DNA of 64,000 nt. It comes from Chiloscyllium plagiosum (taxonomy: Eukaryota). Made by a program: the position numbers and the translations under genes. The stretch covers positions 40,788,984 through 40,852,983 of the forward strand of contig NC_057717.1 in NCBI RefSeq assembly GCF_004010195.1, written 5' to 3'. Below the pieces are notes generated by a model. That model ran no database searches and was not told where the DNA came from. It saw only the letters and a list, made by a program, of their open reading frames with translations. Shown piece after piece: positions 14,171 to 27,775 of this stretch (position 1 is its first letter; each line of letters opens with the position of its first letter).

Positions 14171-14533
14171 CACTGTTCTACTGTCTCTCTGAATATTGCT
14201 TTTAGTAATACGCCTCCTGACACCCCGAAGCCTGTTCACTATCGACCAGATAAATGTCAGGAGCGTGACGGAATATGACCCATTAATTGTATGGTTCTGT
14301 GATGATGGTGATCCTTTGACAAAATGATTATCACATTTACATCTTTTTCAGAGTTGTCATAAATGCAGAGGTTTCCCAGTGTCTATTCAGGATAGGATTT
14401 CGAGGCCAATTTGATTATAGCTAACAGAAACTAACTCAGGCAAAACAGTTTTCTCGATTACACAAAGATCTTGTATCAAGAAAGGGGAATGGCGAGTTCG
14501 CCGACCTCAGCTTAAATTTGGTTTGAGCAAGCA

Positions 14534-15033
14534 NNNNNNNNNNNNNNNNNNNNNNNNNNNNNNNNNNNNNNNNNNNNNNNNNNNNNNNNNNNNNNNNNNN
14601 NNNNNNNNNNNNNNNNNNNNNNNNNNNNNNNNNNNNNNNNNNNNNNNNNNNNNNNNNNNNNNNNNNNNNNNNNNNNNNNNNNNNNNNNNNNNNNNNNNNN
14701 NNNNNNNNNNNNNNNNNNNNNNNNNNNNNNNNNNNNNNNNNNNNNNNNNNNNNNNNNNNNNNNNNNNNNNNNNNNNNNNNNNNNNNNNNNNNNNNNNNNN
14801 NNNNNNNNNNNNNNNNNNNNNNNNNNNNNNNNNNNNNNNNNNNNNNNNNNNNNNNNNNNNNNNNNNNNNNNNNNNNNNNNNNNNNNNNNNNNNNNNNNNN
14901 NNNNNNNNNNNNNNNNNNNNNNNNNNNNNNNNNNNNNNNNNNNNNNNNNNNNNNNNNNNNNNNNNNNNNNNNNNNNNNNNNNNNNNNNNNNNNNNNNNNN
15001 NNNNNNNNNNNNNNNNNNNNNNNNNNNNNNNNN
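14534..15033. other. Assembly gap, 500 N
   Basis: Run of N. Confidence 1.
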
Positions 15034-16887
15034 AAAGGGACCTCTGGCAAGTGGAAGCTCTTTAAATGTGGGATAGCAACAGTTCAAGATCTGTACGTTC
15101 CTGTGAGTGTGAAGAGCAAGGTTGGCTGGAATAAGGAACTCTGGATGGCAAGAGACATTGAGGCTTTAACCAGAAAAGTAAGCAGGCATGGCTCAGGTAC
15201 AAGCAGCTGGGGTCAAGGGAATCCCTGTGGATAAATAGGGGATACAAGAGTTTACTGAAGAAGGAAATCAGGAGGGCAGATGACCTTGGCTGAGAAGAAT
15301 TGGTTGAATCCAAATAGATTCTTGAAGTATATTTAAGGAAAGAAATAACTAGAGAGAGACTAGGGATATTCAAGGTCCAAAGTGGACATGTATGTGCAGA
15401 ATCGCTGGAGTTATTTTTCCTCTGTGTTGTACGTGGAGAAGGACATGAAGTCTTGGGAACTTGGGGAAGTTAGTGATGATCTCTTGGGGACAGTCCATAT
15501 CACAGGAGAGGAAGAGTTGAATGCATTAGAATGTATGAACGTGGATGAATCTCCTGGACCTGACCAAACATATCCAACAACACTGGAAGAGGCGAGAGAA
15601 GAAATTGTGGGGTCCCTGGCAGATCTTTTTGCATCACCGTTCCCGCGGGTGAGGTCCCGGAAGATTGGAGGGCAGCAAATTTTGTGCCCTTATTCGAGAA
15701 GGGCTGCAAAAAAAAACAACCTGGGAACTATAGAACAGTAAGCCTTACAGCCGTGGTAAGTAAGTTACTTGAGATGATGCTGTGCATTTGGAAATGCAGC
15801 ATTTGATTGGGAGTAGTCAACATTGCCTTGTGCGTGGGAGACCATGCCTCACAAATTTATTAGCGTTCTTTGATGAAGTGATCAGGAAGGTTAACGAAGG
15901 CAGGCCAGCTCATGTAGACTCTACAGATTTCAGGAAGGCCTTTGATAAGGTTCCACATGATACATTGCTCTGGAAGGTTAGATCACATGAAATCCAGGGG
16001 GCGTTGGCAAGCTGAGTACACAATTGGCTTGATGGTAGGAAGCAAAGGGTAATAATCAGACTGGAGGCCTGTGACTAGTGGTGTGCCTCAGCGGTCATAG
16101 ATTCAAAGAATCCCTCCTCTGTGGAAACAGGCCCTTCAGCCCAACAAGTCCACTGGCCCTCTGAAGATTATTCCATCCAAACCCATTCCCCTCCCCTATT
16201 ACTCTATATTTACCCCGACTAATGCAACTTACTAACACATCCATGAACACTATAGGCATTTGAGTATGGCCAATTTACCTAACCAGCACATCTTTGGGTG
16301 GTGAGAGGAAACCTGTGCACCCAGAGGAAACCTTCGCAGACATGGGGAGAACGTACAAACTCAGTTAGGGGTGGCATAGTGGCTCAGTGGTTGGCACTGC
16401 TGCCTCGCAGCTCCAGGGACCCGAGTTTGACACCAGCCCCGGGTGACTGTGTGGAGTTTGTACATTCTCCCTGTGTCTGCGTGGATTTCCTCGGGGTGGT
16501 CAGGTTTTCTCCCACAATCCAAAAATGTACAGGTCAGATGAATTGGCCATGCTAAATTGTCCATTTTGCTAGGTTCATTCATCAAGGGTAAATATTGGAT
16601 AGGGAGAATGGCACTGGGTGGGGTTACTCTTCAGCAGGTCGGTGTGGACTTGTTGGGCCAAATGGCCTATTTCTATACTGTAGGAAAACTAACCATAACA
16701 AGATCTAAGCCATACAGACCATCCTGTGAGTTTGGAATTGAACCCAGATCCACGGTGCTGTGAGGCAGCAGTGCTAACCAATGAGCCATTGTGGCACTGA
16801 ACTAGCCAGGGCTAGGACCATTACTGTTTGTTATTTATATCAATGATTTGGACGAGGATGTTTGATGCATGATTAGTAAGTTTTCAG
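15034..16887 (+). mobile_element. Degenerate CR1 ORF2 fragment interrupted by nested SINEs
   Basis: SPGPDQ, CLTNLLAFFDEV...DFRKAFDKVPH; RT resumes at ~16805 (GPLLFVIYINDLD...ISKF). Confidence 0.85.
16090..16797. mobile_element. Minus-strand HE1-like SINE (16090-16362 plus ~16710-16797) split by a plus-strand HE1-like SINE (~16368-16690)
   Basis: GGCATAGTGGCTCAGTGGTTGGCACTGCTGCC on + lies inside the reverse copy. Confidence 0.8.
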
Positions 16888-17185
16888 GGATTTACTCACT
16901 CTTCTGCCCTACTGGGAGGCCAGTGAGTTCAAACTGAGACTAGGCCTTTTAAATGCCTAGACTGTAGGAAGTGCTTTAAAGGTTCCATGGAACTGATGTT
17001 CCATCAACATGTTCTCATTGATGAGAAACCTTTCTGGGGCTCTCACTGCAGAACCAGGTTCAGTCAATCATCTGACATCAAACATCAGTCAGTGAGTTCA
17101 TACCAGGGAGAGCCCATTCACCTGCTCCGTGCATAAGAATAGTTTGCTCACTCATTCAATCTGCTGAGACACCGACGTGTTATAA
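16888..17185 (+). pseudogene. C2H2 (Krueppel-type) zinc-finger array relic, ~3.5 fingers
   Basis: GFTHSSALLGGQ*VQTETRPFKCLDCRKCFKGSMELMFHQHVLIDEKPF..SHC; later HTRESPFTCSV and NLLRHRRV in shifted frames. Confidence 0.75.
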
Positions 17186-17849
17186 GGAACTACAGCAAAG
17201 AGATTTTGCTGTTAACCACATCCAGATCCAAGCCATGTTCACAGAGTCTGTTATGCTCAAGTTAATTAACCTGTGTGAGACAGGTTTAATATTTTGGATA
17301 AAAGTTAAATAAATTAGTTTTACATTAGATATATAGAGCCATTGTAGCATCTCTGACGCAAGTTTAGTTCCTTTGTGAAGGTTCATGTATTAAGAACTCC
17401 CGAAATGGACTGGAGGACAGTCAAGTTTCAGTATCTCAAGGAATAGCTGGTGAGAAACAAGAGAAAACCTGACTGAAGTCTGAGCTTTTCTTGCCAGTGT
17501 ACATCTAGGGATGAATGATGTCTGACTCCGTGATCTGCCTGACATTCAACCAGTTTGGTACAAGATGGGCTCAGTTTCTACGTGAATAGGGACAAATATT
17601 CCAAACAACTGAAGGTGATAAATATAGCTATTAGAGAAGTGGAAAGGTCTTTAAAAAGAAGATAGTGAATTATTGCTATAAAACTGAACAAAACCGAAAT
17701 GTTTCTAAAAGTAAAACAAAATTGAACATTTCTGCCCTACACTCGTCAGGGTTAGAAGACAAGTAAGCAAACTGAAACAGGGAAAACCAATTTATGAATG
17801 ATAAGGTTTGACTTGGAGCTGGATCAAAAGCTCTCAGGACTTGGGTAAT

Positions 17850-20800
17850 TCAAGATGGAGGATGGGAAAAGTTTTGGCTGTAAGAACTGCTCGCTTTTGG
17901 GGTATTTTAGGTGTTGGAAGCGAGTTCCTCAAATTCCATAAGCAGTAATCACTGTTTTTAAGTTTTTGCATTGTTTTGAAGTTTGGGTGAGAAGATCAAA
18001 ACAATGGCACTTTAAAAAGGAGGAAGTGAACAAAGATAGTGTACCACCTGGTCAGGGAGTGAGACAGAGACAGAGACAGAGAGAAAGAAACAGCAGTGAA
18101 TCTGCACAGTTACTGCCTTTGCTGTTTGAATTCAAGTGTTTCCGGACATTGGAGAGCGTTGAAGTAAAATTGACAAACAGCGAAATGCACAACTGACATC
18201 CGAGGAAACTATGTTGGAGAGCACACAGCACAGGAGCAGATAAGTGCATGGTTTTTAAGTGTAATATTACTGTCATTTTTAATAGTGAATGTAGTGGGTT
18301 ATTTTTTGTTTCTTTTATTTAGCTCTGTCCTTTGATTAAAATTTAAAAATCTGAAACACATATACTAAGTTAGACTGGATTAGTGTTTTTTAGTGCATAA
18401 GACTATGCTATTTTCTGTAGTTTGTTAAGGTACAACGATGGCCTTGAGTAGAGTGATGTGCTCTTCCTATCAGCTGTTTCCTTAATTCTGATGATAATGT
18501 CAGCAGGAAGTGTGTTTGGTTCTGAATCCTATCACATCGCATCGATCAGTTGGAGCGGCAGTTTGAGGCAATAAGGAATTTACAGGAGCTGGGGGCATCA
18601 GACGAATTGTAGTTTCAAGGAAGGGAGAAAAACCAGGAAGAGTAGCAGAGGGAGGCAGGTAGTGCAGGAGTCTCCTGTGACTAACCCCATCTCAAACAAG
18701 TATATTGTTTTGGAAAATGTAGGGGGTGATTGCCTTTCAGAAGAATGCAGCATGAACAGCCAGGTTTCTGGGACCGAGACAGGCTGTAATGTAACGAAGG
18801 GTATGTCAGGTACCAAGCGATCGATTGTGATCGGAGACACTCCAGTAAGAGGCACAGACAGATGTTTCTGCGGCCGACAGTGAGCAATCAGAATGGTGTT
18901 GCCTCCCTGTTTCCAGAATCAAGGCAGAATATTCTCAAAGGGCAGTGGGACCAGCAGCAGGTCACTGTGCACATTGGAACGAATGACACAGGAAGGAAAA
19001 AGGATGAGATGCTGAAGGGAGGATAAAGAAAATTGGGCAGGAATTCTAAAAGGAGGTCCTGAGGGTCGTAATATCTGGATTAACCCCGATGTTTTGAGCT
19101 AGTGAGGCTAGGAATAGGAGGATGAACGTCTCGGAAAGAGTGAAGACTGCAGATGTTGGAGATCAGAGTCGAATATGTGGTGCTGGAAAAGCACAACAGG
19201 CCAGGCAGCATTTGTGCAGCAGGAGAAACGACATTTTAGGAAAAAGCCCTTCATCACGAATGAGGCTGTGAGTCAAGGGGGTGGAGGGATAAATAGGAGG
19301 GGGTGGGGCGGGGCTGGGGTAAGGTAGCTGAAAGTGCATTAGGTGGATGGGGTTCGGGTAAAGGTGAAAGATCAGAGGGGAGGATGGATTGGATAGTTGG
19401 GAAGGAAGATTGACAGGTATGACTGGTCATGAGGGTGGTGTGGATTTGGAAGGTTGGGAATGGGATTCGGGGATGGTGAGGGGGAGGGGAAGTGAGGAAA
19501 CTGGTGAAATCCACATTTATAGTGTGTGGTTGCAATGTCCCAAGGCAGAATGTGAGGCATTCTTTCTCCAGGCGTCGGGTGGTTATGGTTTCGTCATAGA
19601 GGAGGCCCATGACCTGCATGACGTGGCAGAGTGGGAGGGGGAGTTGAGAGGTTTTCAGCCACAGGGTGGTGGTATTGGTTGGTGCGGAGATTTTCTGTGA
19701 AAAGCTAAGCAAGTAGGTGACTTGTATCCCCGATGTAGAGGAGACTGCATCGGGACCAACGGATACAGTAAATGACGTGTGTGGAAGTGCAGGTAAAGCT
19801 CTGATGGATGTGCAAGGTTGCTTTGGGGCATTTGGGAAGTGAGAGGGAGTTGGGGGCACAGGTTTTGCAATTCCTGTGGTGACAGAGGAAGGTGCCAGTT
19901 GGGGAGAGTGGGTTGGTGGTGTGTGGGGTGTGGACCTGACAAGGGAGTTGCGGAGAGAATGGTCTTTCCAGAAAGCAAATAAGGGTGTAGACAGACATAT
20001 ATCTCTGTAACTGGAGTCCATTTGCAGGTGGCGGAATTGGCAGAGGATGATGAAATGTATCCGGAGGTTGGCGGGGTGGAAGGTGAAGATCAGGGGGATT
20101 CTGTCCTTGTTTAGCTGTGGGAGCCGGCAGGTTTGTAAAAGATGTCGGTGTTGAGTCGGTCACTGTTGATGGAGATGGAGAGGCCCAGGATGAGGAGGGA
20201 GGACAGTGTCCAAGATGAATGTGTAACTGCGGAGCTGGTGTATGGGAGAAGGGTTCACATTTTAGATAACTAGAAACTCTTATCGGGTAGGAGTGACCTA
20301 TACAAGAAGGATGGATTGCAGCTGAATTGGATGGGAACCTATATACTGGCAGGGAGATTGCAGCAGCTGCTTGGGAGGATTTAAAGTAAGAAGATGAGGG
20401 TGTGGGACCCAGGGAGATAGTGAAGAAAGAGATCAATCTGAAACTGGTACAGTTGGGAAGACGAGCCAGTCAAACAGTCAGGGCAGGCAGGGACAAAGCA
20501 GATAACATGGCAGGACCGATAAATCAAACTGCATTTACATTAATGCAAGGGGCCTAACAGGGAAGGCAGATTAACTCCGGGCATGGTTAGGAACATGGGA
20601 CTGGGATAAGAGAGCATTTCCGGAAACATGGCTCAGGGATGGACAGAACTGGCAGCTTAATGTTCCAGGATACAAATGCTACAGGAAGGATAAAAGAGGA
20701 GGCAAGACAGGAGGGGATGGGGTGGCGTTTTTCATGAGGGATAGCATTACAGCTGTACTGAGCAAGGATGTTCCTGGGAATACATCTGGGAAGTCATTTG

Positions 20801-21590
20801 GGTGGAAGTGAGAAATGAGAAAGAGATTATTACTTTTATGGGACTCTTATAGAGCTCCACATAGTCAGCGGGAAACTGAGAAACAAATTTGTAAGGAGAT
20901 CTCAGTTATGTGTAAGAATAAAAGGTTGGTTATGGTAGGGGATTTTAACTTGCTAACTGTAGACTGGGACTGGCATAGTGTTATGGGTTTAGATGGAGAG
21001 GAATTTGTTAAGCGTGTACAGGAAGATTTTCTGATTCAGTATCTGGATGAACCTACTGGAGAAGGTCCAAAACGTGACCTACTCTTGGGAAATATGTCAG
21101 GTCGGAGACTGAGGTGTCAGTGGGGGAGCACTTTGGAGCCAGCGACCGTAATTCTATTTGTTTTAAAATAATGATGGAAAAGGATAGACCAGATCTAACT
21201 GTTAAAATTCTAAATTGGATAAAGGACAATTTTGGCAGTATTAGCCGTAAACTTTGAAAAGGTAATTTGGTGCGGATTTTTGCAGGTAAAGGGATGGCTG
21301 GAAAATGAGAACCCTTCAAAAATGACATAATGAGACAGTGTGTTCCTCTTGGGGTGAAAGGCAAGGCTGGTAGGTGTGGGGAATGCTGGATGACTAGAGA
21401 ATTTGAAGGTTTGGTCAAGAAATAGAAGGAAGCATATTACAAGTAAGGACAGAATAGATCGAGTGAATTCTTAGAGTACAAAGGAAGTAGGAGTATACTT
21501 AAAAGGGAAATCAAGAGGGAAAAAATGGGGTGAAGAAGAATCCAAAATGATTCTGCAAATACACTAAGGATAAAGGGTAACTAGGGACCC
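17850..21590 (+). mobile_element. Old CR1 LINE 5' part: 5' UTR, ORF1 esterase and ORF2 endonuclease, interrupted by a Penelope element
   Basis: MALSRVMCSS start at ~18438; IVIGDTPVRGTDR (SGNH esterase block); LVMVGDFN (APE endonuclease). Confidence 0.8.
19130..20212 (-). mobile_element. Penelope-like element 3' fragment (GIY-YIG endonuclease)
   Basis: FTCTSTHVIYCIRWSRCSLLYIGDT; KDHSLRNSLVRS; LGTLQPHTINVDF. Confidence 0.8.
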
Positions 21591-22830
21591 AATGCCATTA
21601 GAGAGGGAATTCCAGGACTTTGACTCAGCAAAAGTGAAGGCGATATAGTTCCAAGTCAGGATAGTGCATGACGTTTTTAAGATTATATTATTTACAGTGT
21701 GAAAAACGGCCCTTCAGCCCAACAAGTCCACACTGACCCTCTGAAGAGCAACCGATCCAGACCCATTCCTCTACATTTACCCCTTCACCTAAAACTACGG
21801 GCAATTTACCATGGCCAATTCACCTAACCTATATGGCTTTGTACTGTGGGGGGATACCGGAGCACCCGGAGGAAACCCACACAGATACGGGGAGATTGTG
21901 CAAACTCCACACAGACAGTTGCCTGAGACGGGAATTGAATCCGGGTCTCTGGCGCTGTGAGGCAGCAGTGCTAACGACTGTGCCTCGACTTGGAGGGGAA
22001 CTGGAGGTGGTGAAGTTCCCATATATCTAATGCCCTTGTCCTTATAGATGGAAGTGGTTGTGGGTTTGGAAGGTGCTGTCTGAGGATCTATGGTAAATTT
22101 CTGCAGTGCATCTTGTAGATAGTAGCAGTAGCAATATTTACTGAGCATGCGTGGTGGAAGGAGTGGGCGCTTGCGGATGTGATGCCAATCAATTGGTCTG
22201 CTTTGTCCTGGATGTTGGCAAGCTTCTTCGTGAGTGTTGTTGGGGCTGCACCAATCCAGACAAGTTGGGAGTATTCAATCACACTTCTGACTTGTGCATT
22301 GCAGATGGTGGACTGGCTGCAGTATTCCTTGCTGCTGTATTCCTAGCTTCTGACCTGCTCTTGTGTTTGTAGTAAGTGAAATTGAGTTTCTTTTCAATGA
22401 ATACCCCAGGATGTTGATATTATGGGATTCAGTGATGGTAATACCATTGAATGCCAAAGCGCAGTGGTTGGCTTGCCTTTTTTGTGGTAGTAGCCTGGCA
22501 TTTGTGTGGCACCAATGTTACTTACCATTTGTCAGCCCACGCCAAGATATTGTCCAGATCTTGTAGTATTTGAATATGGACAACCCCAGTATCTGAGGTG
22601 TCGTGAATGGTGCTGAACTTTGTGAAATCATCGGCGAACATCCCCACTTCTGACCTCGTGATGGAGGGGAAGGTTTTTGATGAAGCAGTTGAAGATGGTC
22701 GGGCCGAGGACACCCCCCCCCCCCCCACCCCACTGAGGAACTCCTGCAGATTCGTCTTGGACCTGAGGTGACTGACCTCCAACAACCACAACCATCATCC
22801 TATTTGTCAGGTATGACTCCAACCATCCAA
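21590..22830 (-). mobile_element. Different CR1/L2-clade LINE 3' fragment containing a minus-strand HE1-like SINE (~21690-21985)
   Basis: VLGPTIFNCFI, SEVGMFADD, DLDNILAWADKW. Confidence 0.75.
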
Positions 22831-22846
22831 CCCCGAAAAATAAGAG

Positions 22847-23727
22847 GGCTACCTCAAATTACAACAGGATCTGGACCAGATGGGCTAATGGGCTGAGAAG
22901 TGGCAGATGGAGTTTAATTCAGAGAAATGCGAGGTTCTGTGTTTTGGGAAAGCAAATCTTAGCAGGACTTATACACTTAGTGGTCAGGTCCTAGGGAGTG
23001 TTGCTGATCAAAGAGACCTTGGATTGTAACTTCATAGCTCCTTGAAAGTTGAGTTGCAAGTAGATAGGATAGTGAAGAAGGCGTTTGGTATGCTTTCTTT
23101 TATTGGTCAGAGTATTGAGTACAGGAGTTGGGAGGTTATGTTGCGGCTGTACAGCACATTCGTTAGGCCATTGGTGGAAAATTGTGTGCAATTCTGGTCT
23201 CCTTCCTATCGGAAAGATGTTGGCAAACTTGGAAATATTCAGAAAAGGTTTACAAGGATGTTGCTAGGGTTGGAGGATTTGAGTTATGGGGAGAGGCTGA
23301 ACAGGCTGGGGCTGTTTTCCTTGAAGCTTTGGAGGCTGAGGGGTGATCTTATAGATGTTTACAAAATTATGAGGGGCATTGATAGGATAAATAGACAAAG
23401 TATTTCCCTGGTTTCGGGGAGTCCAGAACCACAGGGCAGAGGTATGAGGTGAGAGGGGAAAGATATAAAATAGACCTAAGGGGCAACTTTTTTTCACACA
23501 GAGTGTGGTACGTGTATGGAATGGGCTGCCAGAGGAAGTGGTGGAGGCTGGTACAATTGCAACATTTAAAAGGCATCTGGATGGGTATATGAATAGGAAG
23601 GGTTTGGAGGGATATGGGCCGGCTGCTGTCAGCTGGGATTAGTTTGCGTTGGGATAGCTGGTCGGCATGGACGGGTTGGACTGAAGGGTCAATTTCCATG
23701 CTGTCCTTCTCTACGACTCTATGACTT
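22847..23727 (+). mobile_element. CR1 3' end (RT C-terminus and 3' UTR)
   Basis: ORF 23042-23452 CVQFWSP...LRGDLIDVYKIM; tail GACTCTATGACT. Confidence 0.9.
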
Positions 23728-23764
23728 TAAGTTGGTAACGTCCATTCATTGTGACAAAAGCCGA

Positions 23765-26300
23765 AATTGTCTTCACTCCTTCCGATAAAGGTACCTGCCA
23801 GTATCCTCTGAGCAAGTCCAAATTACAAATAGAAGTTGCTTGTTCTACCTTTTCAATACATTCTTCTCAATATGGGATCGGAAATGAATCAGACTCTGCA
23901 ACTGCATTAAATTTGCAATAGGCTGCACACAATCATCTGGCGTTGGCACCATTACTATTAATGAGCTCCAGTTGCTGCAACTCACTTTGATTCTGTTCTT
24001 TTGGAACAAGCGGTCAAGCTGTCTTTGAACCTATACCAACTTTCTTTGGCGGAAATCTATAAGGATATCACTTAATTGGAACAGCATTTCCTATATCAAT
24101 ATCATGCATAATTAAATTAGTACTTCCCAGCTTACTCCCACATATCTCACCATGCAATAGTAATAACTATTTCGGGTCATTTTGATTTCCTAAGGAAGAT
24201 AACTCAATAATTTAGACCAAATTTTGAGAACGTCCACATTGTCCATTTTAATTTGAGGAAAGTCAAATTCAGAATCCTCTGTACTCACTTCGTCACTCGT
24301 ATTTTATTCAGTAATACACCATCCTTTTATTTTCCTTCTTGATTGTTTTGGACCAGGCCAGACCTCTCAAAACATTTCAAGAAGGTAGCCCAGACCCTAA
24401 CTTTGCTAGTTGCTTTGGGAATTTGTACAGTGTATATTCAAGGATAGAATCAGCTTGTCAATACACCTCATTTTAAACCAATCAGGAAGTATTTCCAAGA
24501 TTACTGAATGAAACACAAAGAACAGTAAACAGAATACTGAATAACTTATCCTACCCTAATACCTAACAGTTTTTCTGTTCGAAGATACTTGCAACATCCC
24601 CATAAACACCCCTTGGCTCAAACGGTCGTGTCACACACAAGTTATCACAGGATAGACGGCTGACAGAGATTATCAGCATGGATCTGCTTCTTTGGGTCCA
24701 GCAGCCTTTCTTCACACGACAGCTAAAAAAAGCCAAACCCGAGAAAAGCTGAGCTGGGAGAACAGGCCCCTTTCCTTTCATTATAGAAGTGTTTGTTTTT
24801 GAAACATGAAAGCATTCTGCCTGAGTATCTGTTCGCTATTGTCAAACTGGCCCAAAAACCCTTCCAAACTCAGACTTTTCCAAACCTGTGTTTTTATGAC
24901 CCCCAGAAGAAAAGAAAATGAATAACAATCTAACCTTGCTAAAGGAACACCTTTGTCACACTATCAAAATAGCTTTTGAGCATATTCACATGACACGCTG
25001 AGATTTCTTTCTATCTGCAGTCCTTATCAAATAATTCACCTCATTCGACTTTCTTTCACTTTGATAATATCCACTAAATCTTGCTTTTTATGGTTCACCT
25101 CTCACTGGAAGTAACACTAACACTTTAACTCTGTTCACAAAATTGAAATTATTGTCTCTTGTCTGCTTCCTGCTTCATCACATACTGTGCTACTTTTATA
25201 TGCCATCTATCCAACTCCCCCGCTCAATTTAATCATTCTCTAAAGTTTGACACACAGTTCAAATATGTGGTAGCTGAAATCTGACTCACTAATTGCTCCT
25301 TGTTTAATTACAGAGTTCCACTTAGCTCATGACCCAAAACTCATTCAAATGGACTGAATATGGTAGGTTCATTTAGTATATCCCTATTGACAAGATGTAC
25401 AAATGGAATTCCTTTATCCAGTTGTTTGGATTGTCTTGACGAAAAGCTCTCAATATGATCATCTTTAAACTCGCTAATGGTCTTTAAAATTTGACGCCAC
25501 CTTTCTGATACTGTGCCATCCTTGTAAGGAAGCAGTAGAATTGAACTGTTTTTTTCCTGAGCTACCCATACCTTCCATGCATAAATTTGATGTAACATTT
25601 GACCCTTGATCATATTGTATCTCTGTGGGTAGTCTTTATCGAGTTAAACATTGGGGTAACTCTTCTACAGTCCTTCTCGCAGTGGTATTGCACAAATGGA
25701 ATGGACTCTGCAAAACTAAAGGACTCATTTATTATTGTTAACAAATCATGTTCCCACTTTTTGTTTTATCTAGGGGTCCTACTCAATCAATTAAGCCTCT
25801 TGTAAAAGGTTCCCCAAATGCAGGGATGGGTATTAACTGTGCTGCTGGATTTATTCCTGTCTGAGACTTTCCGGTTGCATGACAGGTATGGCATTTCTGG
25901 CAAATGTCAACTCCATCTTAATGCAGTCTAGGCCAGTAAAAATGTTCTTATATTTTGGTGAGTTTAATCACTCCACAATGACCCACAGATAGCTCAGGTG
26001 CTACATGCCACACCTCCTTTCTATAAGACCCTGGTAATGATTTTCTGCCACTTTCCCATCTGCCTGAATATGTGATCATCTCCATTTCCTCATCAAGACA
26101 CCATTTTTAGGTTAGTAACATTTGGGAATGCATTCAGATTCTTCTTCTGCGAAGACTTTTCAATATATTGTTTCAGTTTTTCATTTTTCTGTTGTAGCTG
26201 AGTCAATTTCTCTGAATTAAAAATATCCACTTGTTCCTCATCTGTTGTAGTTTTGTCTGAGCCATTCAATTACATATGATCGCTGATAATTCTGCTTGAA
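23765..26300 (-). mobile_element. Second Gmr1-like Gypsy remnant: integrase (~25300-26000) upstream of RT (~23770-24100)
   Basis: Minus-strand motifs NGVLMRKWR, HFYWPRLH..CQKCHTC, PAFGEPFTR..VGPL, ERWRQILKT..DKGIPFV..FSPFE, then LDLLRGYWQVPLSE. Confidence 0.75.
24344..24960. mobile_element. Probable solo LTR inserted between integrase and RT
   Basis: TG...CA bounded non-coding block interrupting the Gypsy pol remnant; no clear TSD. Confidence 0.35.
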
Positions 26301-27451
26301 CTTGCTTTTCTGTACTTTTTGTTTTCTTCGCCTGTGTCAACTCGTGGCTTTGTGACTTTGATATCAATCTGTTTATGTTCTCCAATTTTTTCATGATTCA
26401 CATAACAATGATGTTCATTATATTTTATTTAGACTATGAGATAATCCATTCACAAGAATGTTGAATTATTGCGTTCTATTAGAATGACAACTAAGCTATT
26501 GATTTTTACTGCCCAATTCCAACAGTAGACCTTGTCCCAACAATACTGTTTACTTCTGACCGAAAAGTCGATCTTTCGGGCAGGAGTCTCCATGAAAGAC
26601 TTATGCCCGAAACATTGACTCTTCTACTCCTTGGATATGCTACCTGACCCGCTGTGCTTTTCCAGCATCACACTGTTTGACTCTGAGCTGCAGTCCTGAC
26701 TTTCTAATTTTCCCTTGGTTGCCTGGTCTGAAGTAATCTGAGAGATACAGAAGCACTTGTGAGGAATTTTGTGGTCTTGGACCATGCAAAGGGAGGAGTG
26801 AAAAGGCTGTTGTATGGAGACTTGCAGTGGTTGTTGGGTTGAATTGAGATATGGGTGAGGGTATCACAGTTGGAATGCTAAGATTTGGACGTGACATGAC
26901 AAGTTCCTGAATTCTGTGTCCTCTCAAATGAAGAGTCCCTAAATCATACAATAATTGTGTTTTGGACATGTCGATAGAATGAATGCATGTGACTTGTGAA
27001 TTTACTTCCTGCCTGGTAAGATTCCTACAGCCAGGCAGCTAGTGATGGACCAAAGGGTCAGCTTCAGGAATGCTGAAGAATGGTATGACAGCCCTGAACA
27101 TCAACTATACATGGAGAGAGTCCCTATTGGCTGAGAGAAATGAATGGGAAGATTTCCATTGGTTTGACATGAGCTGTCAGGGTGATCAGACATCAACTTA
27201 GACTAAAACTAAAGGCAGTAACTCATAATGACACTCTGTAATTGTTAGTGAGAAATCGGTGGTAAAAAAACTGTCTGTTATGAATTTGTCTCTTCGTTAA
27301 GTAGGAACGTTACATTGTATGGAGGCACGCAATCTGAAATACATTAGAGCACCTTCCAGCAACTGGAGCATGCTAGTGGCCTCTGACAAAGAAAGTAGTT
27401 TCAAGGAAATATGATGTGCTTCACATGGCTACAGAAACAGAAATGGACATC

Positions 27452-27775
27452 GGCGCGCGCACACACACACACACACACTCACAGACACACAGCCACACAG
27501 AGACACCCACACAGAGACGCAGACACACTCACAAACACTTACACACACTTACACCTATACAGAGACAGACACACAGCCACGGATATACAAAGACACACAC
27601 GCACGCACACACAAATACACATGAGCACACACACAAAAATACAGACACACGCGCACACAAATACACATGCACACACACAGAGACATTCATGCACACGCGC
27701 ACACAAATCCCCCCCCCCACACACACACACACACGCATATAGAAATGCAGCCACATACACTCACAATCACAGAAC
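27452..27775 (+). repeat. Degenerate (CA)n microsatellite
   Basis: Seen directly. Confidence 0.95.

Noticed and set aside
14436-15087. Long ORFs across the gap (also the + strand ORFs at 45593-46697)
   Set aside because: Artefacts of N runs
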